Shown here piece by piece: positions 26,119 to 34,104 of a DNA stretch of 60,489 bases; the stretch's first letter is position 1; each line of letters starts with the position of its first letter. The position numbers and the translations under genes are program-made. The notes below the pieces were generated by a model, which saw only the letters and a program-made list of their open reading frames with translations, did not search any database and was not told where the DNA came from. The DNA comes from a virus (Duplodnaviria; Caudoviricetes): positions 1-60,489 of the IMG/VR virus record IMGVR_UViG_3300020200_000001; one strand, written 5' to 3'.

Positions 26119-27698
26119 TGACCACCGTCCTCGTTATAGGGCCCTCCTGGATCCACCACGCTATCGACTACTGCAGGAGTTGGTGTCCCACGTGTAATGC
26201 CCGGTAAAGTGCGAGGCGCGGTCGTCGAGATAGGCAAATTCTTGGAGCGGATGTACTCGGCTGCCTTTTCCATCTGCGACTTAGCCAGTTCCGGATACGG
26301 TCCGGTGTAATTAATCGCCGAGGTGTAGAAGGTCCGTTCAAAGTCCGCAGGATTGAGCGCACCGGACTTCAGTGAATTGATCCAGTAGTTGTAGCCAGCC
26401 GGATCAATCTTGGCTGCATCTTCGGCCGTAGGCGCAGAAAATGCGCCGACCGTGATGCTATTATCCCATGTCCGACCTTCTTTACGGCCAGACGTGTTGT
26501 AGTGGTTCTTGGCAAACTGCACATAGTCCGTGTTTGGATCGGCAGCAATTGCCTTAGAGAAAGCATTCGACACGTCCGGATTACGCATGTAGTAGTCCTG
26601 TGCCTGCAACGACGGAATAAGAACCTCGATCCGCGCTTTGTTCGCCTGTGCCGCGTTCCAGTTTGTGCCGTAGTTGGCGTACCGCTGGTTGAGGCCTTCC
26701 ATCTCTTTTGCGGTCGCATTCGGATTGAAGTACGCCTTGTACATCTCACCCATACTGGTCGGATGGAATGCCGCCAGATCACTGCCCATGCCAGTGCGTC
26801 CAATATTGCCGTAGGCTTCCTTGACGCGCATTTCATACGCCATCGGATCAAACTTCTCCTTGAGCTGGTCTGGCGTGAGCTGACCTGTATCAAGCTGGCG
26901 CTGGAAGTTATAGGCCATCTCCGTGTTCATCGGAAGACCTGTGCGCTGGAATGCCTGTTGAAGGGCCACGTCGCCTGCAACAAGATTTCGCGCATGCTGC
27001 TGTGACGCCGACAAGCCAGGTGTGACATCCACCAACATACGTGGGCGCGACGTGACGATCGGAGCCTGAAAGCTCGCGCCTTGGCCAGTGCCACCAGTAA
27101 GCATAGTCGCAGGGCCAAACAGATCCTTCTTCACGCCATCAACCGTGGTCGTCTGATATGCAGGCTCGGCTCTGAACCTCGACTCCAATGTCTGACCCCC
27201 GAGCGCGGACGTGATGTCTGTTGGGCTCATACCATACTGCTGTGAGGCAGATGTGATTGCTGCAGGATTGCGGTGGATATTTGCAGTGACAAGGTCAGAG
27301 ATGTTCTTGTTGTACTGTGCAGTGCCAATGCCACCAGGTGCAGTAGCGTTCGTCATCCCAGGGGACATAAGCGGTGAAGCAGGCGGACCCAGATCGAACA
27401 GGCCTCCAACAGGACGTCCTTGAACGCTTCCGCCATTAGCAAAACGCTGGAGCATCTTCCGAGCTTGATTCATCGGCGGACGTGTGTGTCGGAAGTCTCC
27501 AACCTCACCACCATACGCATACGTCATCGGCATCGAATGCGCATCTTGAAAGCCATCAATCTCTTGATTGGTTGCGGTGTAGGGGGTGAGATGCATCGAC
27601 TCAACGTCTCCCCCATTAGCGTAGGGCACCACAGGGAAAGTTGGATCAGAGATCTCGATCAACTCAAAATTTTCCTCTGACGGATTGCTTTGGTCCAT
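26106..27698 (-). CDS. Putative internal virion protein
   Basis: YANGG/YAYGG/FANGG motifs; YY.RNPDV...HY..SGRKEGR and DPAGYNYW motifs. Confidence 0.6.
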   Translation of the reverse strand: MDQSNPSEENFELIEISDPTFPVVPYANGGDVESMHLTPYTATNQEIDGFQDAHSMPMTYAYGGEVGDFRHTRPPMNQARKMLQRFANGGSVQGRPVGGLFDLGPPASPLMSPGMTNATAPGGIGTAQYNKNISDLVTANIHRNPAAITSASQQYGMSPTDITSALGGQTLESRFRAEPAYQTTTVDGVKKDLFGPATMLTGGTGQGASFQAPIVTSRPRMLVDVTPGLSASQQHARNLVAGDVALQQAFQRTGLPMNTEMAYNFQRQLDTGQLTPDQLKEKFDPMAYEMRVKEAYGNIGRTGMGSDLAAFHPTSMGEMYKAYFNPNATAKEMEGLNQRYANYGTNWNAAQANKARIEVLIPSLQAQDYYMRNPDVSNAFSKAIAADPNTDYVQFAKNHYNTSGRKEGRTWDNSITVGAFSAPTAEDAAKIDPAGYNYWINSLKSGALNPADFERTFYTSAINYTGPYPELAKSQMEKAAEYIRSKNLPISTTAPRTLPGITRGTPTPAVVDSVVDPGGPYNEDGGQWAP

Positions 27699-27734
27699 AG
27701 ATGGCCCCCTAAAAAGTTCTTGACATTTTATTCT

Positions 27735-29201
27735 TCAATAATACTCCGGCACAAGAGATTCCTCTTTTGGTTCGTCAAGGTAGTCCGATTCAAGGTTGAT
27801 GAAATTCCCCGCTCGAAATCTCATTAACGCCTGGGTAGTGGTATCGACCAGGTCGTCGTTGTCGCCATTGGGAAAAGCTGCACATTCCTCGATCAACTCC
27901 TCAGCCCAGTCCGTGTCAGGTGCCCAAACCATCCCTGACTCCAAAATTGGCGCAACCGAGTTGGCTCGCGAGATCTTGTCCTGCCCCGCCCGGCGGCCAC
28001 CAGGCGAGTACATTGTCACTGGGATCCCAACACGTCGTAGCTCCTGTTGCAAAGTGATTCCAGTGGCCTTGGCCTCGATTAACACATTATCGGGTTTCCA
28101 CTCATCGTATTCGTCCTTGGCTACTCGTTTTAGCTCCGGAAAGTCCCATCGACCCTTTCGGACCCCCAACAAGATAATGTTGGGCCCTGAGTCTTGGTTC
28201 GGGTAGAACACGCCCCAGGTCGTGATCGCAGAGTAGTCAGCCGTCTCCTTCTTTGAGTACGCCGTGTCATAACTCTGAATGACGTAATTCACCGACGGTG
28301 GCTCGTCATGGGGCCACACCTGCCACCATTCCCGCTTCAAAATCGCACCCTCGTCGTTGGTCGGCTGCTGCTGGTACATCGCGTTCCACCTCTGTGCCGA
28401 CAAAGAAGCTTTTACGCCTAAGAGTTCCTCAAGCTTCCAAAACTCCGGCCACAAAGCCTTGCCAGACGGCAGGATCGCAGGGAATTCAATGACCTCCCAC
28501 TGGTCCGCCTTGTGACTGGCTTGGGCTTTGAGTAAACGCGCCGTAAGGTCCTTGGTTCCCCAACGGGTCATCACGATCACAATCGCTCCGCCCGGCTGCA
28601 GTCGAGACCGTGGGCCAGAGGTGTACCATTCCCAGCAGTTTTCCAAGGCCAGATCTGAGGTCGCATCCTGCTCCGAGTGCGGGTCGTCAATGATCAGAAG
28701 ATTCGCACCGCGACCGGTCATCGCGCCGCCCACGCCAACAGCAAAGTATTCCCCGCCATGGTCCGTGTCCCACCGGCCAGCGGCCTTGCTGTCCTGTTTG
28801 AGCATCACATCTGGGTATAGCTCCTTGTAACTGTCCATGGACATCAGATCACGGACCTTGCGGCCAAAGCGCACCGCAAGCTCGCCCGTGTGCGTCGATT
28901 CAATGATCTTGGTGTCCGGACGACGGCCCATGATGAAGGCCGGGAGCAGGTAGGAGGCAAATTCAGACTTCGTGTGCCGGGGCGGCATGTTGATGATCAG
29001 ACGCTTCAAGGACCCCGATGCAATGCGGTCGAACGCGTTTGCCATCTTGGTGTGATGGTCCCCCAGGATCGCAGAGGGCCAAACGTACCTCACGAAGTCG
29101 ATGAATTTCTCGCGAGCACGCTCTTGCGCGTCAAGCTGGAGCATTCGCAGCTCAAGTTTCGCTCGCTGTTCTTCAATGTCTGGAGGCGTGTCTGTATGCA
29201 T
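27735..29201 (-). CDS. terL: Terminase large subunit
   Basis: INMPPRHTKS Walker A, LIIDDP Walker B, VMTRW, DTAY, AFPNG..DDLVD. Confidence 0.95.
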   Translation of the reverse strand: MHTDTPPDIEEQRAKLELRMLQLDAQERAREKFIDFVRYVWPSAILGDHHTKMANAFDRIASGSLKRLIINMPPRHTKSEFASYLLPAFIMGRRPDTKIIESTHTGELAVRFGRKVRDLMSMDSYKELYPDVMLKQDSKAAGRWDTDHGGEYFAVGVGGAMTGRGANLLIIDDPHSEQDATSDLALENCWEWYTSGPRSRLQPGGAIVIVMTRWGTKDLTARLLKAQASHKADQWEVIEFPAILPSGKALWPEFWKLEELLGVKASLSAQRWNAMYQQQPTNDEGAILKREWWQVWPHDEPPSVNYVIQSYDTAYSKKETADYSAITTWGVFYPNQDSGPNIILLGVRKGRWDFPELKRVAKDEYDEWKPDNVLIEAKATGITLQQELRRVGIPVTMYSPGGRRAGQDKISRANSVAPILESGMVWAPDTDWAEELIEECAAFPNGDNDDLVDTTTQALMRFRAGNFINLESDYLDEPKEESLVPEYY

Positions 29202-29282
29202 ATACAGGTCTGTTTCGTTTTGAATTGCAAAAAATTTTTGGCCAAGTGCATTTTGCACAGAAAGGGGTACTTTTGGCAAGAA

Positions 29283-29298
29283 AGTTTCACGTGAAACA
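29283..29298. promoter_or_regulatory. parS-like palindrome
   Basis: AGTTTCACGTGAAACA, 15/16 match to the universal parS TGTTTCACGTGAAACA. Confidence 0.75.
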
Positions 29299-29499
29299 GG
29301 AGTACCCCAAAAAGGGGCCTAAAACTGTTTAGGTGGTAATTGTTTGTGCGAAATCGGGCCAAGGCCTTTGCGCATTTTGCGCGGGCCGCGAATCGCGCGG
29401 CCCGGTTCGCGGTCCGCGTCGTGCGCCAAAATGCGCGCCGGGACTCGCCCCCGGCCCCCGGCCCAGGCACCCGGGCGGCCACGGCCACGGCCTGCAGCT

Positions 29500-29545
29500 C
29501 ACGGCCCAGGGACCACGGCCCAGGGACCACGGCCCAGGGCTCACG
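29500..29545. repeat. Tandem 14-bp repeat x3 (CACGGCCCAGGGAC) in GC-rich non-coding DNA
   Basis: Directly visible; degenerate copy at 29571-29584. Confidence 0.85.
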
Positions 29546-29713
29546 ATACGGCGGCCACGCCCTGGCGCAGCACGGCCCGGGGACCCCGGGCCAGGTTTCC
29601 GATAGGCCAGGGACCGGCCACCAGGCGGCCGACGTAATGGCCAGCAGGCCAGGCGCTGCAGGGCCTGGCGCATGCGATACGGGGGCAGGCATTACGCCCA
29701 GGTGACCAGGCGC

Positions 29714-29741
29714 AAAAAAACCGGGCACGCGGGCCCGGTTT
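29714..29741 (-). terminator. Rho-independent terminator ending the island
   Basis: CCGGGC/GCCCGG stem plus T7. Confidence 0.8.
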
Positions 29742-29771
29742 CGGTGTGATGCGGCGTAATGCCGCGAGGGT

Positions 29772-30179
29772 TCAGGCCAGGCCCAGCTCGGCCCTGGTGA
29801 CGTCGCGCAGCCAGCGCGGGCCGAACCGGTTCCGGACCTGGCGCAGCAGGTGCCCGGCGGGCTCGCTCGCGTCGGTCCCGGCCAGCCAGGCGGCGGCCAG
29901 CTCGGCGCGCCAGGCGCGGCCGTGCCTGGTGGCGAATGCGGCCACGGCGGCGAGCTGCTCGGCAGTCGGCCCGGCCATGCGGGCCAGGATCACGTCGGCA
30001 GTGTCGCGGGCGTCCTGGCGATCGTCGGTGTGATACTCGCTCACCAGGCGGCCGGATGCGTCCCAGGCCTGGACGCGATACTCGGACCAGTCCCGATCGA
30101 ACCCGATCCGGACGCGGCCCACGTCCTGGACGGCCACCACCTGCACCAGGCGGCCCACTACAGCGGCGGGGCGGCTCAT
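29772..30179 (-). CDS. Island hypothetical protein
   Basis: Start MSRPAAVV, overlapping the upstream stop; EYRV..., YHTDDRQDA, L..VRN.FGP.WL. Confidence 0.7.
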   Translation of the reverse strand: MSRPAAVVGRLVQVVAVQDVGRVRIGFDRDWSEYRVQAWDASGRLVSEYHTDDRQDARDTADVILARMAGPTAEQLAAVAAFATRHGRAWRAELAAAWLAGTDASEPAGHLLRQVRNRFGPRWLRDVTRAELGLA

Positions 30180-30622
30180 GCTACACCCCCGGCCAGCTCG
30201 GCCAGCTCGGCGGGATCGCCCAGGGTCCAGGGGGCGGCCTGATAACCTGGCAGCAGGTGATCCGGTACGTCGCGCAGGACCCCGGCGGCCCGCTCGCGGG
30301 CGGCCTTGATCACGGCGCGCAGCACGTGCCAGGCGTCGGATTTTTCCCAGCTCGCCCAGTCGCTGGCCTGGTAGTCCAGGCAGGCGCAGGCCTTGACGAT
30401 GTTGACGGGGCGCAGCTCGCCCAGGGCGGCCACCTGGTAGCCCCCGAATGCGGGGCATTCGTCCTGATAACGGCCCTGGTATCGCTCGGCGAATGCGCGC
30501 CGATTCGCAGCGGCCAGCAGCTCGGCGGCCACGGGGGCAGCAAACGGCAGCGGCACGGCGTGCAGCTCGGCCCAGGTGATCAGGGTGTTGACGTGGTAGT
30601 CGGTGACGATTAAGCAGCTCAT
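30176..30622 (-). CDS. Island hypothetical protein
   Basis: N....RY, KACACLDYQA..W..S.A; has its own promoter and AGAAAG leader. Confidence 0.75.
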   Translation of the reverse strand: MSCLIVTDYHVNTLITWAELHAVPLPFAAPVAAELLAAANRRAFAERYQGRYQDECPAFGGYQVAALGELRPVNIVKACACLDYQASDWASWEKSDAWHVLRAVIKAARERAAGVLRDVPDHLLPGYQAAPWTLGDPAELAELAGGVA

Positions 30623-30667
30623 AAGGTCTCACTTTCTTTCTGTATACGTGCGACGGTGCACGGTGAC

Positions 30668-30697
30668 ATTTTCGCCCGAAATTCGCGGCGTAGTCAA
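30668..30697 (-). promoter_or_regulatory. Sigma70-like promoter TTGACT-N18-GAAAAT
   Basis: Shares core CCGCGAATTTCGGGCGAAAAT with 31811-31840. Confidence 0.6.
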
Positions 30698-30703
30698 TCG
30701 GGC

Positions 30704-30731
30704 AAAAAAAACGGGGCCACGCGGGCCCCGT
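30704..30731 (-). terminator. Rho-independent terminator
   Basis: ACGGGGCC/GGCCCCGT stem plus T-tract after the DUF932 gene. Confidence 0.8.
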
Positions 30732-30754
30732 CCAGGTGCAGCAGCTCGGCCAGG

Positions 30755-31762
30755 TCAAGCGGCCAGCAGCTCGGCGGCGCGCGCCTTGAGTGCGGCCCCG
30801 GATCCAAACCAGGCGGACTCCATCCGGGTATTATTTGAGCGGCCCCGCTCATGATCCACTAGCTCGGTGACGGCGTTAAGCATGGCCCAGCGAGTACCGG
30901 CCACGCCCGGCAGGTCGGACCCGATCGCCCGGCCGTCGAACAGCTCGCGGATCCGGCGGAATGCTTTCGACTCGCGGACGTCCAGGTCGGCACGGTGCCA
31001 GGGTTTCAGCAGCTCGGCCAGGAAATCGTCGGCCTGCTCGGTCGACATCGGCACGGCGGCGAGCTGGCGGGATTGCACCAGAAAATTTTCCCAGGCATTC
31101 GCGACGATCCCAAGCTGCAGGCGGACGGCCTCACGCTCAAATTTTTCCGAATGCAGCACGCGCACGGCGCTGGCCAGGTAGCCCCGCGACGTCTCGGCCT
31201 CGCCCTTGATCACGCGGCCCTGGGAATATCCGCCCACGGCGGCGGTGATGGTGTTATTGCATACCACGCGAATGGCGGTGAATTTCGCCACGGTGGCCAT
31301 GGTCCCGTCGTACGACGTGCCCAGCAGCAGGTAAGGCTTTACCAGGTCCCGATCCACCACGGGGGCAGCATCGCCCACGCTGGCCAGGGCCCAGACGCGT
31401 TTCCCGTCCGATAACGCGCCCGCCGTTTCAAGCTGGAATCCGCCCAGGTCCACCAGCTCGCGAAAAAATTCCATCACTTCGCCCGGCTGGACCACGTGGT
31501 ACCCGTCCGAAACCACGGCCAGGGGCGCGCCGGTGTCGGACCGGCTCAGAACCTTACGATTCGGCCAGGTTTGCAGCTCGGTGGTGGCGGGGGTGTAATA
31601 CTTAACCGGGGACTCAATCACTGTGTAGCCTAGCCCGGCCTCGCGGGTCCAGGTTTCAATACTTGCGCCAGGTGTAAGGGCCTGGCCCAGACCGTGCCAG
31701 GGTGTCGCGCCGGTGTAGGCCATTGCAGCGGTGCCGGTGGTGATATCAATCATGTGCGCCAT
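30755..31762 (-). CDS. DUF932 / LGT_TIGR03299 phage-plasmid protein
   Basis: MAH....MAY.G.TPWHGLG, ETAGAL..G..VW.LA, T.IRVVC.NT, GT.W...NAVTE..DH. Confidence 0.88.
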   Translation of the reverse strand: MAHMIDITTGTAAMAYTGATPWHGLGQALTPGASIETWTREAGLGYTVIESPVKYYTPATTELQTWPNRKVLSRSDTGAPLAVVSDGYHVVQPGEVMEFFRELVDLGGFQLETAGALSDGKRVWALASVGDAAPVVDRDLVKPYLLLGTSYDGTMATVAKFTAIRVVCNNTITAAVGGYSQGRVIKGEAETSRGYLASAVRVLHSEKFEREAVRLQLGIVANAWENFLVQSRQLAAVPMSTEQADDFLAELLKPWHRADLDVRESKAFRRIRELFDGRAIGSDLPGVAGTRWAMLNAVTELVDHERGRSNNTRMESAWFGSGAALKARAAELLAA

Positions 31763-31810
31763 TTTGCTTTCTCACTTTCTCAGGTATACGTGCGGGATTG
31801 CACGGTTTGA

Positions 31811-31840
31811 ATTTTCGCCCGAAATTCGCGGGGGTGTCAA
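31811..31840 (-). promoter_or_regulatory. Sigma70-like promoter TTGACA-N18-GAAAAT
   Basis: Perfect -35; core repeated at 30668-30697. Confidence 0.65.
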
Positions 31841-31852
31841 GCCTCCGCAAAA

Positions 31853-32368
31853 TCAGGGGGCGGGCACCAGCTCGGCGGACCTGGCCACGCGGGCGGGCAT
31901 GCGCCAGGTGGCCCCGAATCCGTCCAGCACGCGCCAGCCACGGCGGCCCAGGGACTCGGCCAGGGTGTACTCGCGGCCGTCGCGCATGCGCAGGCGGGCA
32001 CCAGGGACCAGGGCAGGCCTGGCGGATTTTTTCGCATGATATTCGCGGACCCGCTCGCGCCATTGTGCGGCCCAGCCCTCGCGCTCGGCGTGCGGGGCGT
32101 CCAGGTAAGCCAGGGGGCAGTCGACGGCGCAGGGCCCGACGGTTTCGTCCAGGTCTTTATACCCCCAGCCCGCGCCCCGGGAACCCTGCAGCAGGTCCAG
32201 GCCGATCCAGTGCAGGCCGGTGGCCCGCTCGCGGATCAAATACCAGTGATGAGAACCCGATGCGCAGGTGCGCACCAGCTCGAATTTTTCACCGAATCGC
32301 TCGGGGCGGCGCAGGTGCTGCACCAGGGATTCACGCGTCGGCGTAGTGTAGGGAAAAGTCCAGCCCAT
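31853..32368 (-). CDS. DUF6927-like protein
   Basis: MGWT, WGYKD.DE..GP...DCP...L, A..WR.RV. Confidence 0.7.
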   Translation of the reverse strand: MGWTFPYTTPTRESLVQHLRRPERFGEKFELVRTCASGSHHWYLIRERATGLHWIGLDLLQGSRGAGWGYKDLDETVGPCAVDCPLAYLDAPHAEREGWAAQWRERVREYHAKKSARPALVPGARLRMRDGREYTLAESLGRRGWRVLDGFGATWRMPARVARSAELVPAP

Positions 32369-32371
32369 AAT

Positions 32372-32626
32372 TTAGCCCTCCCGCCCAGCGCGCAAATAGT
32401 CCAGCTCGAATTCCAGGACATCGGCAGCGGCGGGCCAGAGTAAGCCCGAAAACGGGCCCGCGCCCTCGTAAGGCGGTTTTTTAATTTCGGCGATTACCAG
32501 GGGCAGCAGGCGATGCACTGCCGCGTCCCAGCTCGCGCCCTGCAGGAATGCGTCGCGCGCCTGGTGCCGGGCGGCCTCGGTGGCCTGATCACTGATCACG
32601 GCCTGGGCGATTTCTGACGGTTTCAT
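32372..32626 (-). CDS. Island hypothetical protein
   Basis: AGAAAGTGAG leader and promoter upstream. Confidence 0.65.
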   Translation of the reverse strand: MKPSEIAQAVISDQATEAARHQARDAFLQGASWDAAVHRLLPLVIAEIKKPPYEGAGPFSGLLWPAAADVLEFELDYLRAGREG

Positions 32627-32675
32627 GGTTTGCTCACTTTCTGACTGTATGCGCGGGGACGTCCCCCGCGCTGCT

Positions 32676-32705
32676 AGTGTATCGCAAAAAATCTCGGGCG
32701 CGCAA
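32676..32705 (-). promoter_or_regulatory. Sigma70-like promoter TTGCGC-N18-TACACT
   Basis: 33-bp sequence 32675-32707 is identical to 33459-33491. Confidence 0.75.
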
Positions 32706-32707
32706 GC

Positions 32708-33403
32708 TCAAAAAATTTCGCGGCCAATATCGCCCGCCACGTGGTGGCGCAGCAGGGACCCAGGGGGCAGCGAACGAGCGAATGCGCGCAGGGTTTCGGC
32801 GTCATTCGGCGCACCGGTTTTTTTCGTCCTGTGCCACTGAATCGCTGTTTTACCCCCGGCCGCATAGCATCCGCCGGACCCGGTGCCGACGCGTTTCGCG
32901 CTGGCCCCGTGCGCGACGAAAACGATCACATAATCCCGCTCGCCACGTGCGCACAATGGGCGGCCACCGCCGCAGCTCGCGCAGGTGACGTGCTCGACGG
33001 TTTCGGCCGGGCAGCGAACGAACCGGACGCCCTGGATTTTTTTCGGCCAGGTGTCGGCGGTGTCGGCCGGTGCAGCGTATACGGCCGGGCGGCCCAGCTC
33101 GACGGTGCGCACGGCCTCGCGGACATCGTCGCAGCTCGCATTGATCACGGTCTCGCGTTTTTTCGGGATCGGCAGGGCCTCGGCCGGGAAATGCGAATAA
33201 GTCCAGGCCTGGCCATTACGGGGCACGGCCTCGCGCAGGGCGTCCAAATAAGCGACGTCCACCTGGTGCGTGCCGGTCTCACTTTTCGGATGCAGGGCGC
33301 AAGTTTTCGGGCAGGTCCCGAACGTCTCATGTACGCCCGCGCGGTACGTGACGGCGATGGGGCCGGTTTTGCTATTGCTCGACGTGGTGACGGTTTTCAG
33401 CAT
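32708..33403 (-). CDS. Cys-rich phage protein (gp88/DUF7227-like)
   Basis: S.N.KTGPI, TCP.TC, WTYSH, INASC, CPA..TC.SC...LC, R..VAGD. Confidence 0.65.
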   Translation of the reverse strand: MLKTVTTSSNSKTGPIAVTYRAGVHETFGTCPKTCALHPKSETGTHQVDVAYLDALREAVPRNGQAWTYSHFPAEALPIPKKRETVINASCDDVREAVRTVELGRPAVYAAPADTADTWPKKIQGVRFVRCPAETVEHVTCASCGGGRPLCARGERDYVIVFVAHGASAKRVGTGSGGCYAAGGKTAIQWHRTKKTGAPNDAETLRAFARSLPPGSLLRHHVAGDIGREIF

Positions 33404-33459
33404 AATCTTTCTCGCTTTCTCACTGTATGGCCGACGGGGAAATCCCGACCGGTCCGCGT

Positions 33460-33489
33460 AGTGTATCGCAAAAAATCTCGGGCGCGCAA
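33460..33489 (-). promoter_or_regulatory. Sigma70-like promoter TTGCGC-N18-TACACT
   Basis: Exact duplicate of 32676-32705. Confidence 0.75.
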
Positions 33490-33500
33490 GCCCCCGCGAA

Positions 33501-33653
33501 TCACCCGCCAAAAAATCGGCCGATCAGGGCCATGCGTAGCAGGCGCAGCAGGTCCCCGGCCGTGGACGGGGCGCGCTTTGGTTTCGGGGGCACGTACACA
33601 ACCCCCCGCTGGATTTTCTGGCGCATCGTGCGCCGGTTTTGCCTGTAATGCAT
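33501..33653 (-). CDS. Small basic hypothetical protein
   Basis: ATG after AGAAAGTGAG leader; Arg-rich. Confidence 0.5.
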   Translation of the reverse strand: MHYRQNRRTMRQKIQRGVVYVPPKPKRAPSTAGDLLRLLRMALIGRFFGG

Positions 33654-33684
33654 TGGTTCCCTTAATTTCTCACTTTCTGATTTT

Positions 33685-34104
33685 TCACTCGACCAGGCGG
33701 TGGCGCAGCATATGCCACCGTACGCGAGCAAGCGGCCAGCGGTCCACCGGGGGCGTGTCAATCCCCAGGTGGTGCAGGTCCATCACTTGCGCGCCACGGT
33801 ATAGCAGCAGCTCGGCCTTCAATGCCGACGTGGTCCCGGGCGGATGATACTGCACTAAGACGAACGTCGGCGCACCCAGGTCCGCATGCTTCGCATGAAA
33901 TGCGACTTGGTGCGGGCTCAGATTTATTTTTCGCCCGCGTTTCACCACCTTCAGCTCGATCGTGGCGAAATGCCCGGACCCCTTAAATGCCACCAGACAG
34001 TCAGGTATTCCCAGATTCACCCTCGACTCGATCCGCGTGATGTGGCAGTCCGCCAGGTTCTCCCGAATCCGCCGATACAGTCCCGCCTCTGGTTTCACTG
34101 CCAT
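33685..34104 (-). CDS. VRR-NUC / PD-(D/E)XK endonuclease (resolvase-like)
   Basis: RIE...G.PD, IELK, LSPHQ..FH. Confidence 0.85.
   Translation of the reverse strand: MAVKPEAGLYRRIRENLADCHITRIESRVNLGIPDCLVAFKGSGHFATIELKVVKRGRKINLSPHQVAFHAKHADLGAPTFVLVQYHPPGTTSALKAELLLYRGAQVMDLHHLGIDTPPVDRWPLARVRWHMLRHRLVE

Noticed and set aside
29500-29545. Tandem repeats as a mini CRISPR array
   Set aside because: 14-bp units with no spacers and no cas genes
29090-29728. Long Pro/Gly/Arg-rich ORFs on both strands (e.g. 212 aa)
   Set aside because: Arise from GC-rich repeats lacking stops; no RBS; overlap parS, the terminator and the terL start
30180-30758. N-terminal extension of the 328-aa ORF
   Set aside because: Overlaps the 148-aa gene, a promoter and a terminator; the real start is 30179
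32741-33847. 368-aa plus-strand ORF and similar antisense ORFs
   Set aside because: Shadow frames of well-supported minus-strand genes in high-GC DNA
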